In this document: one piece after another, positions 36,446-48,880 of the stretch | How the letters are laid out: each line of letters opens with the position of its first letter | Numbering within the stretch: position 1 is the first letter of the stretch | From: Octopus sinensis | Lineage: Eukaryota | Assembly (NCBI RefSeq): GCF_006345805.1 | Contig: NC_042997.1 | Span: 153,326,001-153,390,000 of the forward strand | Direction: 5' to 3' | DNA length: 64,000 bases | Notes under the pieces: generated by a model | What the model saw: only the letters and a program-made list of their open reading frames with translations | Databases searched by the model: none | What the model was told of the DNA's origin: nothing | Made by a program: the position numbers and the translations under genes

Positions 36446-38474
36446 ATAACATCATCATACAAGAAAATACTTTAAAAAAAAGAACAGGGAGAAAGGCCTC
36501 ATGCAGTAATTAGAAACATTAACTAATTCAATTTACACCCGAACAACTTCTAAAAAGTATTTGAAACCATTTTGTATTTAAGTAACCTATTTAGTAATGG
36601 CAGTAGGAATTCTGAAAGCGTAGTCACCAAAGTAAAATGAATTAGTTCAGGAAGCAATTACCTCTCTTGGAACAAAGAGTTTTTCTCCCAGAGTGAAAAG
36701 CAGCTTGCATGATGCTTTTCGACGAACTTTAATTTCCCGCGAATACAGAGAATTTGAGAAAACTAGAGAGCAAGCATGAACCACCGCATATGTACTGTTA
36801 GTGTGTATGAACTGCGGAGTAAACGTAAGCTAAGAGCAAAACTGAATTTAAGAGGTACTCTATTTAGTGTGAAAGAGAGAAGACTATTCCGATACGAGCA
36901 TGTGATGTGTGTGGAAGCAGGTGTATAAAGTAGGATGTTGTATGTGTGTGTTTGTGTGAGGAATAGGGATCATCCTCACTTTCTCACTTTCTTTTATCGT
37001 TGTTTTCCGCTGCTCGCATTCGGTTAGCTGAGTTGTTTTCTCCTTTTCTGCTTCAAATTTTGTCCATCTTTCATTACCATCAGCTTCTCGTCACAATACG
37101 ATTGCATGGTACTGTTCTGGCTTGTTACGGCAGAGAGACGAGATGTCTGGTTGTTGTTTTTACTGTACCGAGATTGAAGTCGCTCTCTTTAGAAGTGTGA
37201 TCGTGGTGTTTCAGAGACTGGAATCTGGTACTGTTGCTATTGCTGTGGACACATTTCTTTTATCTTCTCATTGTCCTCGTTGGCTATGATCATGGAACGA
37301 GTCTGTCGTCTTTCTGAATAGTTTCTGACACAGAAGACAAGGTGATTTCCGCCTTTTTGGAAGCTACGGCCGACAGTGCTGTTGTATCGGCAGCCGATGG
37401 ATCCTATCGTTGTTGCTGCCCACTTTTTCTCGTCTTGACCCTTCGAGGTAGAAAATATTCAAGTAGTTCTTCTACCACAATTATAATAGCTAAACCTGCT
37501 GCCCTGCACCGAGAGTTTGTGGCTTTATTTTCTGCGTCCGTAAGTAGCAGAGTAACGCAACGGGTATATGTTAATAAGGATCTTAAGAATAACCCAGTAT
37601 CTCTACCAATGCGATACTATCATCTTTGCTTTGCGTTCATCCATATATTAGTGTAGAGTAAATGGGCATGCTTTTTCGCAGCTCATCTCATTACAATCGT
37701 TACAATCCCGGGTCACGAGTTAAGAAAAGATCAAGAATTGGTGCCTAGTATTTGAAATGTCATCAGGTGCTCTCCACCTTCTACCTGTCGGGCATTGCGG
37801 TTGGTGGAAGTTCCAATTTAACAACATATAGAGGACTAGTAATCAGGAAGTGCTACCAAATTAGGCAGTGTTTGAGCACTGATAACTTTTGGAGTTATGT
37901 CGAACAGCACAGCTGTTTTCATGTATAGGACGAATCCAGGCACCAGTTGAGTCTACTGTGAGGATCAACGCACCACTCACTGATATTCCTCTGGTGGCAA
38001 TCGCAAAAGAGGTTAGGTGGTGGACGAAACTTTAAGAACTGAAGACATACACTTTCCCCTTCGGCTGTTCCTCTTGAAAAGGAAGATGAAAGTGAGAAAG
38101 GAATGCTGCCTCCCAGTAAAATTTTTAAAGGGTGATTGAATGTTGTAAAAATATCCTGAGTGAAAAAAACCTACGCTGACCATTCACCTGTAGGCTCAAA
38201 TGTAGAGAGGAGAGGAGAGCACTTGCCACAGTACTATAAGTATTTAGGGTGGCACGCTATGTTTAGGATCCCTTGTTCGTCCCTGGATCGTCTTTTACCC
38301 TATCGACGAATTTGGCTGTTATGATCTTATTGCATAATTGATTTTGGTCTTATTGTTTACACAAGTTTATGTAAATCTTCACCAACCTTTGTCTTTGTAT
38401 TGTTCTAAATAAGGGTTTTTTGCGGTTCTTGTTGGCAACAAAGAAATAATAATAGTAATAGTAATCCATTCTAC

Positions 38475-40115
38475 TAAAGGTACGACGCCTGAAATTTTTG
38501 GTGGGAGGAGTCTAGTCGATTGCATCGTCTCCAGTGTCTCACTGGTATTTAATTTATCGCTCCCGAAAGGATAAAAGACAAAGTCGACCTCGGCGGAATT
38601 TGAATTCAGTCGAACTACCTATTTCTTTAATACCCACAAGGGGCTAAACACAGAGAAGACAAACAAGGACAGACAAACGGATTAAGTCGATTACATTGAC
38701 CCCAGTGCGTAACTGGTACTTAATTTATCGCCCCCGAAAGGATGAAAGGCAAAGTCGACCTCGGCGGAATTTGAACTCAGAACGTAACGGCAGACGAAAT
38801 ACGGCTACGCATTTCGTCCGGCGTGCTACCGTTTCTGCCAGCTCACCGCCTTAATAATAATAATGGTTTCAAATTTAGCCACATGGACAGCCATTTCGAG
38901 GGAGTTTTCAACTAATACTTAATTTATTGACCCCGAAAGGATGAAAGGCAAAGTTTACCTCGGTGGTATTTGAACTCAGAACGTAGCGGCAGACGAAATA
39001 CCTATTTCTTTACTACCCACAAGGGGCTAAATACAGAGCGGACAAATAAGGACAGACAAACGGTTGAAGTCGATTATATCGACCCCAGTGCGTAACTGGT
39101 ACTTATTTAATCGACCCCGAAAGGATGAAAGGCAAAGTCGACCTTGGCGGAATTTGAACTCAGAACGTAACGGCAGACGAAATACCGCTAAGCATTTGGC
39201 CCGGTGTGCTAACGTTTCTGCGATAATTAGTAGTTATAATTAATAAGTAATATTAATTAATAATTGTAATGAATATCGCTTTCATCCCTTTGGAATGATA
39301 AAATAAAGCACCAAACAGGTACTTAAGTCGGTAGTAATCGACTAAAATCCTCAAAATTTCTGAGCCTTCTGCCAAAATTAGCAGCAATTACTCGGCTCAA
39401 CGTACTGAGTCCAAATTCCGCTAAGATTGACTTTGCTTTTCATCCCTTCGGTTTCGCTAAATTAGACACGTTTCAAGTACAGGGCTCGATATAATCGATA
39501 GCAGCCACTCCACAAAGTTAAAGGCCTCGTGCCTATAGTAGAAAGGATTATTATTATTATTATTGAGTGAGAGAGCAGTTCATGCCATCAAAGTGACACT
39601 GGGGTAAAATATACGAAGCCCAATATACCCATCATGACTACCCGTCTGATAAGGTACACCAGGCACATGCATCACAACCATATGTGCGCGACATGGTGAT
39701 CTCATATCAAGATAAACAGCACATGACCTTGCAGGTGGGGCCCAGTTAGAATTTTCTTCAGGTTGAGTAGCCCATCCCGCTCAAAAGGTTCCCGAATAAG
39801 GGTTGTTTAAGGATGTTGAAAGAACCACCCATGTTTCCAGAGGTGAATTATTCAAACCCCAAAGAATCCCTCTCAACACATGGCTATGATGCTCCCCCAC
39901 TACTTCTGCTCGTGATCAGAGATGCACATATCGTCAGCCATTAAGGGACATGCTCAACTGGTTAAAGTCAAACAACTGACAAGCAAATCTGTGGTATTGA
40001 GCAGAATATTTGCTATAGCCCATCTTTTATACCAAGACAAAACAATGTACATGATAACACTTCCAATCAGTTAAGATCAGAAGCCATGAGAGCCACTGCC
40101 TGGTACTTATTATTA

Positions 40116-40160
<45 letters not shown>

Positions 40161-40805
40161 GAGGCGGTGAGCTAGCAGAATCAGGCGAAATGCTTAGCGG
40201 ATTTCGTTCGACCTCACGTTCTGAGTTCGAATTCGCTGAGGTCGACTTTGCCTTTCATCCTTTAATGCTCGATACATTAAGTACCATTTGCGTACTGAGG
40301 TCGATCTAATCAACTAGCCACGCCCACCCCACCCCCGCCAAAAAATGTCAGGCCTTTTGCCAATAATATAAAAGATTATTATTGTGGTTGTTGTTGTTGT
40401 TGTTATCATGACGCGACGAGCTGGCAGAATCGTTAAGTCGTCGGGAGAAATGCTTAGCGGTATTTCGTCTGCCGCTACGTTCTGAGTTCAAATTCCGCCG
40501 AGGTCAACTTTGCCTTTTATCCTTTCGGGGTCGATGAAATAAGTACCAGTTACGCACTGTGGTCAATATAATCGACTTAATCGTTTGTCTGTCCTTGTTT
40601 GTCCTCTCTGTGTTTAGCCCCTTGTGGGTAGTAAAGAAATAGGTATTTTGTTTGACTTCATATTCTGGATTCGAATTCCGCCGACGTCGACTTTGCCTTC
40701 CATCCTTTCGGGGTATTTAAATTAAGTACCAGTGAAATAAGCCCCCTCCCCTCAAAATCTCAGGTTTTGTGCCTATAGTAGAAAGGATAATTGTTATTAT
40801 TATTA
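38475..40805. mobile_element. Dense S2 SINE cluster: minus copies and dimers at about 38475-39340, plus copies at about 39370-39550, 40160-40380 and 40410-40805
   Basis: Repeated gaggtcgactttgcctttcatcctttcggggtcgat (or its reverse complement) in about 8-9 units. Confidence 0.92.
39565..40107 (-). other. Unclassified ~540-bp GC-richer insert ending in (AAT)n on the minus strand
   Basis: Sharp composition change inside the SINE cluster; minus end ...ctctctcactcaataataataat. Single copy in the window. Confidence 0.4.
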
Positions 40806-40807
40806 AT

Positions 40808-40880
40808 AAATGGCGGTGCCCCAGCATGTCCACAGCTCATAAGCTGAAACTGGAAAAATCAAAATCAAATCAAATCAAAA
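40808..40880 (+). mobile_element. ~45-bp 3' tip of LINE-A plus (AATC)-like tail
   Basis: aaatggcggtgccccagcatgtccacagctcataagctgaaact matches the reverse complement of about 3181-3225. Confidence 0.85.
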
Positions 40881-41154
40881 CTCTCATACAATGTAACGTA
40901 TGAATGATCGCTGTTTGAACAGCCAGCTGTTAAATGACCAAAATGTTGCATCCCTGCTTCAGTCGGAATGTAATACTTTGTAACGAACGTAGCTTCAACC
41001 CGTAAGACCTTATAAATTCTGTTCAGGCAAGCTGTTACAGAGCTGGCTTAGCTTATATCACCGAACTTTAATTAAAACGGTAGTCCTCTCGTCAATTAAA
41101 TCGCAACAAGATATATGATACTGATATCGTGCGTATAATGAGTTTCTGTATTAT

Positions 41155-41167
41155 ATACACATATATA

Positions 41168-41203
<36 letters not shown>

Positions 41204-41314
41204 CTTGCCCGTATGTTTGTTTTTGTGTATATACCTTATATTAATATATGCATTTATATATGTACATCATATGGAAGATTTTAAGGGTGCTTGTGTATGC
41301 CTATTCGCATTACT

Positions 41315-41346
<32 letters not shown>

Positions 41347-41521
41347 TATATATATATATATACAAATTACTATATACGTTTGCGAAGTGTGAGAATCTTT
41401 ATATATTTATGCATATCTCTACATACACACACACACATATATATTTATATATATATATATATGTGTGTGTGTACATATATATATGTGTGTGTGTACATAT
41501 ATGTACATATATATATGTGTG

Positions 41522-41562
<41 letters not shown>

Positions 41563-41731
41563 ACATATATATTTATGTATGTGTACATATATATGTATGT
41601 ATGTATTTATGTATATATATATATGCATGTATGTATGTGTAATATACATAATGTGTATATATGTGTATATATATAATGTGTATGTATGTGTATATACACA
41701 TAAAAACACATGCATATATAGGAGTACAGGC

Positions 41732-41775
<44 letters not shown>

Positions 41776-42062
41776 TCTCATATATTTCTGTGCATCTGCT
41801 GGCACACACGCACTCACGCACACACACATATGTTTATGTACGTGTATATTTATAAATTTATGTATATATGCACATACACGTGTATTTATCTATACGTATG
41901 TATGTATGTATGTATGTATGTATGTATGTATGTATGTATATATGTATATATGTATGTATGTATGTGTACACATATGCATGTATGTATGTATGTATATATG
42001 TATATATGTATGTATGTATGTGTACACATATGCATGTATGTATATGTATATCGATATGTGTG
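41155..42062. repeat. Compound (TA)/(TG)/(TATG)/(CA) microsatellite
   Basis: Direct reading. Confidence 0.95.
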
Positions 42063-42740
42063 TGTTCATCAGTTAATGTGATGACGATACGAGAAAGACA
42101 CTAAATTTGAGAACACGATTAGTCATGTCACGAACAGACACATTACTTCCTTCAAGGTCCAGTCACATACTAGAAGAGAAACGGTAGCCAAATCTTTCGA
42201 AATTTCATACTGTAGTTTTACAAAAGGACACATTGAATAATGTAGTCTACACACGCACATATATGTGTCTTAGGTTGACTGCATCTGAGTTAAAAGCTAG
42301 ATGGTCATGGCTCTAGATCCTTTGGTAATATATCTTAAAACAGCATCGATTGAACACGAGTGTGCTAACGACGGAGTTTGTATTACCTATAGGTCGTTTT
42401 ACTACAAGAAATAATTAGATATCACTTGAATTTGTTCCCTGTCATCCTGGAAAATGAAAGACGCACGTTATATAGCGTGGTCCTAGATACCTTAAACCGG
42501 AAGAAAGGATAGAATACTTTACGCGTGAATGTTTTTTTTTTTTCTTTATAAAAGAATTGATCTACTAGCATTGATCTGGTACATAATAACGACAATGAAA
42601 ACAAAACAAGTCTTACAATGACGAATGTGTCATAACAAGATTTCATTAATATCGCTTGGATTTTTCAATCATGAAAACATAGACAACTGGACAAATCATT
42701 TAAAGTAAAATATATTGTTTATAATCAATTACACGGACAT

Positions 42741-42817
<77 letters not shown>

Positions 42818-42818
42818 T

Positions 42819-44996
42819 ATGTTTCTTTATTGGCCACGTATTGGCCACGAGACAAAATACAAAGTAGAGCTTTTCTTTTTTGGGAAGGAGAATAGAAGGG
42901 AAAAAAAAGTAAGAAAGAAAAAAGTGGGCCGAATTCCGATCAAAGGGAATCGTGAAAAAGAAGTGGGGGCCGATCAATAGGGATCGTGTATCACAGAAAT
43001 GTCAATGTAAAAAGGGAAAACAGATTAGGTTGATCCGTAGATGGAAAAGACCAGGGGAACCTTGGGCAATAGTGTCATGCAAAAAGAAAATACATTACAG
43101 TAAGTGGCACCCTTTTTTCCCTTCCTTTTTTTTTGTTTTTATTTTTGGTTCATAGGATTATGCTCAAGCTGGCTCCGTCATTCACACGTGCCATCCTTGC
43201 TACATTCACCCATCTTTTTTTGAAACATTCACTAGACAAAACTTCCCTCTCTACTCTCACCTTCCTCTTCAAGTGATACTTGAAGAAGTTGATGAGAGAT
43301 TGACCGGAGAGGAAAGTGTTTGTCTCTAGACCTTTCAGACGCGTCCACCATACACATTCTTTCTCCATAGCCACAAGTACGACGAAAATGATTCTTCCTT
43401 CCCGTTTCAAAGAAGGGACGCGACAATATTCACGATAGACTCGGTTGATAAACCGACTCGTCCCACATGCGATAGCAGTCGTTCGACATAGGCCCACAGG
43501 TCGGAAATGGTTGAACACTGCACGAGTGCGTGCAGGACGGTTTCGTCGCACTGACCGCATCTCGGGCAGCTCGGCCCCGTGCTTCATAGCCATGCCTGTA
43601 GAGCTTATCCCGAACGGGTAGCGCTTCTCGACAGCACTGCCAGGCCAGGGATCTCTGGAAGTTGTCCACAGGTACCGGCCCGAAAGTCGTCTCAAAAAGG
43701 CGGATCAGGTATTCCTCGTCACCGCCCAGGTTCGCCCCGAAATCGTCGTCGTACCTCCCCTCCACTAATCCTCTATAGAATGCTTTGGTTGTATTGAAGT
43801 CACTCAAGGTCGACCCGGGACGGCATAGTTGATTGAGAGCAATGCGACACTCGCGGTGCCATTCGCCCTACCTCGGCTTCTTTTTGATCCACGACTGCAG
43901 TTCGGTCATGGAGACGAGCTGCGGGAAAGCGCGTCTCACAAAAGGCGACCACACCTGTGCACCATCGTCTATGTAGAGCCGGAGATGTCGCAGTCTCAGC
44001 GTGTGTCTGCGCATCATCAACCACGGCATACCCAGCCCTCCTTTTAACGGGTGTTGGCAACAAACGGATCGCCTGACCATCGGAACGCATCATTTCCACA
44101 AGAAGCGGAAGGGAATGAGTTCTAGCTTGGTGATGGTAGGGTCGGGACAAGGCACGACGGTCAGGCGGTTGTACATGACGGACGTGATGTACGTGTTAGC
44201 CATCTCCACCCGACCTTTTAGGGATAGCTTCCTCTCGGCCCATTGCCGGGCGATAGTAACCACCCTACTCGCTTTCTCTTCCCAGTTCTCCATTTGGAGG
44301 TCCGGACCAAACCAGACCTCGAGCAACTCGACCGGACCGTCGGTCCAACGTCCCACGACAGCATGGGCTGACTTTTCCCGGTTGATTTTCGCTCTTGTTA
44401 CTGCTTCGTAGTCTTTCAGTGTCTCGCCGACCAGCTCGATGTGCTTCTGGCTAGACACTATGACGGTGACGTCCTCCTCGTATGCAGACACGCTCGTCCC
44501 GCATCCCAATTCTAGCGGGATGCCCCTCAGCGTCGCCAGCATCCTCGGTAGTAGCTCGTGAGTCAATACGTATGGAAGTGACGGACCGAACGTGCAATGT
44601 CGAAAGGTCTTGATAGATGTCCATTTACGCGAATTATCGAACGGATGCCTCTGTACAAAGCAGCTATCCAGCCGCGGAAGACGGGACCGAAACCAGCCGC
44701 TATGATTTCAACCTCCAAGTATCGAAGGTCTACCCTATCTAAAGCTTTGGATTGATCCAAGTTAATCGGGGTCCCACCCATGCCAGGTTCCTTAATTACC
44801 CTGTCTATGATGTAGTGCATCAGATGAAGGTTGTCATGGATGCTCCAGCACGGCACGGCGCACGTTTGCGCCTTGTCGACCAGTTTCTCAATGACATGCG
44901 CCAACCTCTTGGCTAACACCTTCAGCAAAATGTTCAAGTCTGCATTGAGCAGAGTGATGGGCCTAAAGTTATCTATTAAGTCCCTTTGTTTGGATC
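42819..44996 (-). mobile_element. Tx1/L1-clade LINE, 5'-truncated, frameshifted ORF2 and 3' UTR
   Basis: DNFRPITLLNAD, LDQSKALDRVD, SAYEEDVT (degenerate YADD), LSLKGRVE, REALPVRDKL, CPRCGQCDETVLHALVQC (C-terminal CCHC); aataaa at the 3' end. Confidence 0.9.
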
Positions 44997-45001
44997 TTAG
45001 T

Positions 45002-45050
<49 letters not shown>

Positions 45051-45105
45051 GTGGCTCAGGTGATCAAAACTTCGAGTATTAAGTAATCCTGATATATATA
45101 TATGC

Positions 45106-45137
<32 letters not shown>

Positions 45138-45909
45138 ACCAAGCGCTAATCACCTACACACTTCCTTATACTTGCGTATCAGCTATGCTGGATCCACCAT
45201 TTTCCCGAATGACCAAAATACTATGAATGTGTGTTACTCTGAACTTTCAACAGGAAAAATACACTGTGAGAGATCATATCAGGCGTTCACAGATGTCTCA
45301 ATGTGAAAACTCACACTGTATCAATTAAATAAATGAGATCGAGTCTGTTGCAAAGAATAAAATGCATCAGAGAAATCTGTCAGATATATTTCTTTACGCA
45401 TCAGAGAAATCTGTCATATAGCTGCGAATTCTTTCAGTAAAGACAAAGAGCACCAGAAATGTCAGATGAGAATTAGAAGACTTGCCACCATCAGTGAAAA
45501 ACGACCGACAATCTCGTGCAGGGGACGTTATTGGGTGTTTTCAACCCATCTGGGTCTCCACAACTGCCTTAAAACTCATCTCAGATGAAGACGAAACGGA
45601 ATAGTTGTAGTACGCTGGCCAACTCCTGCCGAGGAAGCCCACCATGACATATGCACATATTCACAAGCACACACATACACGCACAGACACACACACACAC
45701 ACGCGCGCGCGCACACACAGATATACATATGTATATATCGCATGCATAGTGAAGATATTTTTTTTTAGCATCAAGCGCTTTAAAAAAGCATTCGAGCAAT
45801 ATGAAAATAAATCCACATAGGTACTTAAATATAATCATAGCTAGGACTAAAAGATACTTTAAAATAAGTAATGATTATGATTATGTGATTATGTGTTGCG
45901 CTCAAACAT

Positions 45910-45957
<48 letters not shown>

Positions 45958-46276
45958 ACCACTTTCACCCTCCGCAAAAAAATCCCAAATTTTATATAAT
46001 TTGCTTTATCCGGGAAGGATTCTTTTAACGAAGTCGCGTCTTGTCCTTTCCCTCGAAACGTGGAGTAGATAAAACTGGAGACAACTAATGAAGGAAGTGT
46101 TCTCTATGTTGCATGTCTCTTTTCTCTGTTTGTTTATTTTTTTCGTTATTCGAACAAAAGTTTGTTTTCTAGGTTTACTTTTTGGTTCTCGTTTCTCATT
46201 GTGCGTACGTTTTTTAAATGTCCTGCACCTATATATGCCATGCATATATACACATATATGTAGGTATGTACATATA

Positions 46277-46315
<39 letters not shown>

Positions 46316-46394
46316 TTATATATATGTATATATATATGTATATATATATGTATATATATATGTATATATATATATATATGTATATATATAAGTG

Positions 46395-46444
<50 letters not shown>

Positions 46445-46445
46445 T

Positions 46446-46748
46446 GGAGGCACAATGGCCCAGCGGTTAGGGCAGCGGACTCGCGGTCGGAGGATCGCGG
46501 TTTCGATTCCCAGACCGGGCGTTGTGTGTGTTTATGGAGCGAAAACAGCTAAAAGCTCCACGAAGCTCCGGCAGGGGGTGGTGATCCCTGCTGTACTATT
46601 TCACTACTCTTTCTCCCACTTTCTTCTGTTGGCCTGCTCGCTTAGCCAGCGGGGTGGCGTCGTTCGAAGGCTAAAACAATGCGAACGCATTGTGACCAGC
46701 GATGTGTAGCAACATCTGATGGTCTGGTCTGTCACGTGATCACGTGAT
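46446..46748 (+). mobile_element. tRNA(Arg)-like-headed SINE, family S4
   Basis: tggcccagcgg A box, ctcgcgg anticodon-like loop, gtttcgattcc B-box-like, non-tRNA body, tail tcacgtgatcacgtga; between (GT)n and (AT)n. Confidence 0.75.
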
Positions 46749-46979
46749 ATATATATATATCGTTGCTATTATGCAAAAGTGTGGTAAGTTCAAAATGTTG
46801 CTTTCTCAGAAAAAGAAAATATAGTTTCCCCGTTCCATTTCTAATTAACATTAGCGAGTTTCAGCTTAACAATGATCCTTTGTTTGCATAAAATCGTAAC
46901 TCAATGCATGTATGATATTTTCAATCAGAAATATTTATGTGGGACTTACTACACTTTTGGAAAATGCTAAACCATTGTT

Positions 46980-47547
46980 CTACATTTTGACAATTTTCAT
47001 ATCTTGGCATCTGCAGCAGCTGGAGATAGTTTGACCAAAATAATCAGCTATTGCAAACAAAATTAAATAGTGAAAAAAACACATTTGGCCAAATTTGGAC
47101 ATAATAGCAACGATATATTCACTCCCATCTCGACAGGAATTCGTTGTTTCTATCTGTCCAATGTCAAATATAAAACGTATGATGATGTCATCAGTGGAGA
47201 TAAGAGTCATGATAGAAGCATACGGATTATATACAAATAAAACAAAATACCTCCGGTTTTCAGCTACTGTTTTACTAATCTTCATATCTTCTATATTCTC
47301 TTTTTCATTTCTTCTGTCTTTCGATAAGCGCAGTATCAGATGCTTTATGTTAAACAAGAGACGTTCAGACAAGCCAGTTTGTGTCCGGAAAAGTATATAT
47401 GAACATATACATGCATTTTTTATAATCATATATACGGCCAGTATTTATTTTCATATTTCATTACTTATAGGTATTGAGAGTGTGTGTATATATGTATTAT
47501 ATTCTTGCAATCGTATTGTGTGCAAGATTATGTGCAGAAATATATAA
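46980..47547. other. Non-repetitive coding-like island with overlapping 149-aa (minus) and 150-aa (plus) ORFs
   Basis: From the ORF track; no motif recognised. Confidence 0.3.
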
Positions 47548-48244
47548 AGAAACATACACATCCCTACACAACAGCATAAGTTTGTGACAGTCAGTATTAA
47601 TTTTTAATAATATTCTCTTGTTTAATTCCATCCTCCTATTTCATACTAAGTTTAAATGCCTCAAAGTCTGGTCTGCACTTGAAGTAGTTTTAATGAAGTT
47701 TATAATTTTCTTCATCACTGTACTTGCAAAAACAAGACCCGAAAACTTTAGTGGAGGTTTGTTGTGGTAAATTTACGTAGCGAAGTTCACGTCTTTGGAT
47801 TGGTTTGTATGTCGTGGTGTCAAGATGAAAGATATTTTTTAAACGTGCGCTAATCAGTAGTTCAGTGGAATACTTCTAGTCTGAACCCTACCAATTTTGC
47901 CGTACTTATTCTGGAATAAGTTATCACATGAAAAACAGAGATCGAACATACCAAATCAATTGAAATGTTTTAGTTAATACTTTCAGTCATTGAACTGTGG
48001 CCATGCTGGAGTACAACCTTGAGTGGTTTAGTTGAGGAAATCGCCTTTCAAACCTCGTACTTATTCCATAGTTCTCTTTTATCAAACTGCTAAGTTAAGG
48101 AGACCTAAGCAAATAAACACCGGTTGTTACGCATTGGGGAAGGTTGTTAACCGTTGGCGACAAAGACTCACACACACACATATATATATCAAACAGACAG
48201 ACAGACAGACAGACAAACAGTACGAACTTCCATAGTTTCTTTTT

Positions 48245-48660
48245 TTCCTTTATTGCCCACAAGGGATTAAACATAGAAGGGATAAACAAAGACAGACAAA
48301 CGGATTAAGTCAATTACATCGACCACAGAGCGTAACTGGCACTTACTTTATCGACCCCGAAAGGGTGAAAGGCAAAGTCGAACTCAGCGGAATTTGAACT
48401 TAGAACATAATGGCAGACGAAATACCTATTTCTTTACTACCCACAAGATGCTAAACACAGAGGGGACAAACAAGGACAGACAAATGGATTAAGTCGACTA
48501 TATCGACCCCAGTGCGTAACTGGTACTTATTTAATCGACCCCGAAAGGCTGAAAAACAAAGTCGACCTCGGCGAAATTTCAACTCAGAACGTAACGGCAG
48601 ACGAAATACGGCTACCCATTTCGCCCGGCGTGCTAACGATTCCGCCAGTTTGCCGCCTTT
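48245..48660 (-). mobile_element. S2 SINE dimer (long-tail units)
   Basis: Two units joined at ggcagacgaaatac|ctatttctttactac. Confidence 0.9.
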
Positions 48661-48687
48661 TGTGCATATTAAAAATATTTTAATAGT

Positions 48688-48880
48688 AGGTGGTGAGTTG
48701 GCACAATCGTTACGCGCCGGAATAAGTGCTTAGCGACATTTCTTACGACTTTACGTTCTGAGTTCAAATGCCACCGAGGTCGACTTTGTTTTTCCTCTTT
48801 TCGGGGTCGCTGAAATAAGTACCTGTTGATGTAATTATCTTATCTCCTCCTCACACAATTTCTGGCGTTATACCAAAATT
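48688..48880 (+). mobile_element. S2 SINE, head-to-head with the preceding copy
   Basis: ggtggtgagttggcacaatcgtt..gttctgagttcaaatgccaccgaggtcgac. Confidence 0.85.

Noticed and set aside
37000-37656. Plus-strand 66-aa and 104-aa ORFs as host exons
   Set aside because: No motifs; the minus strand gives a stop-interrupted low-complexity frame and a knuckle-like CNDC..C..CP nearby, more consistent with a decayed retroelement ORF1, though that assignment is also weak.
46446-46530. tRNA genes (also 26043-26110 and 32245-32315)
   Set aside because: A/B boxes are present, but there is no complete cloverleaf or acceptor stem and each continues into a SINE body.
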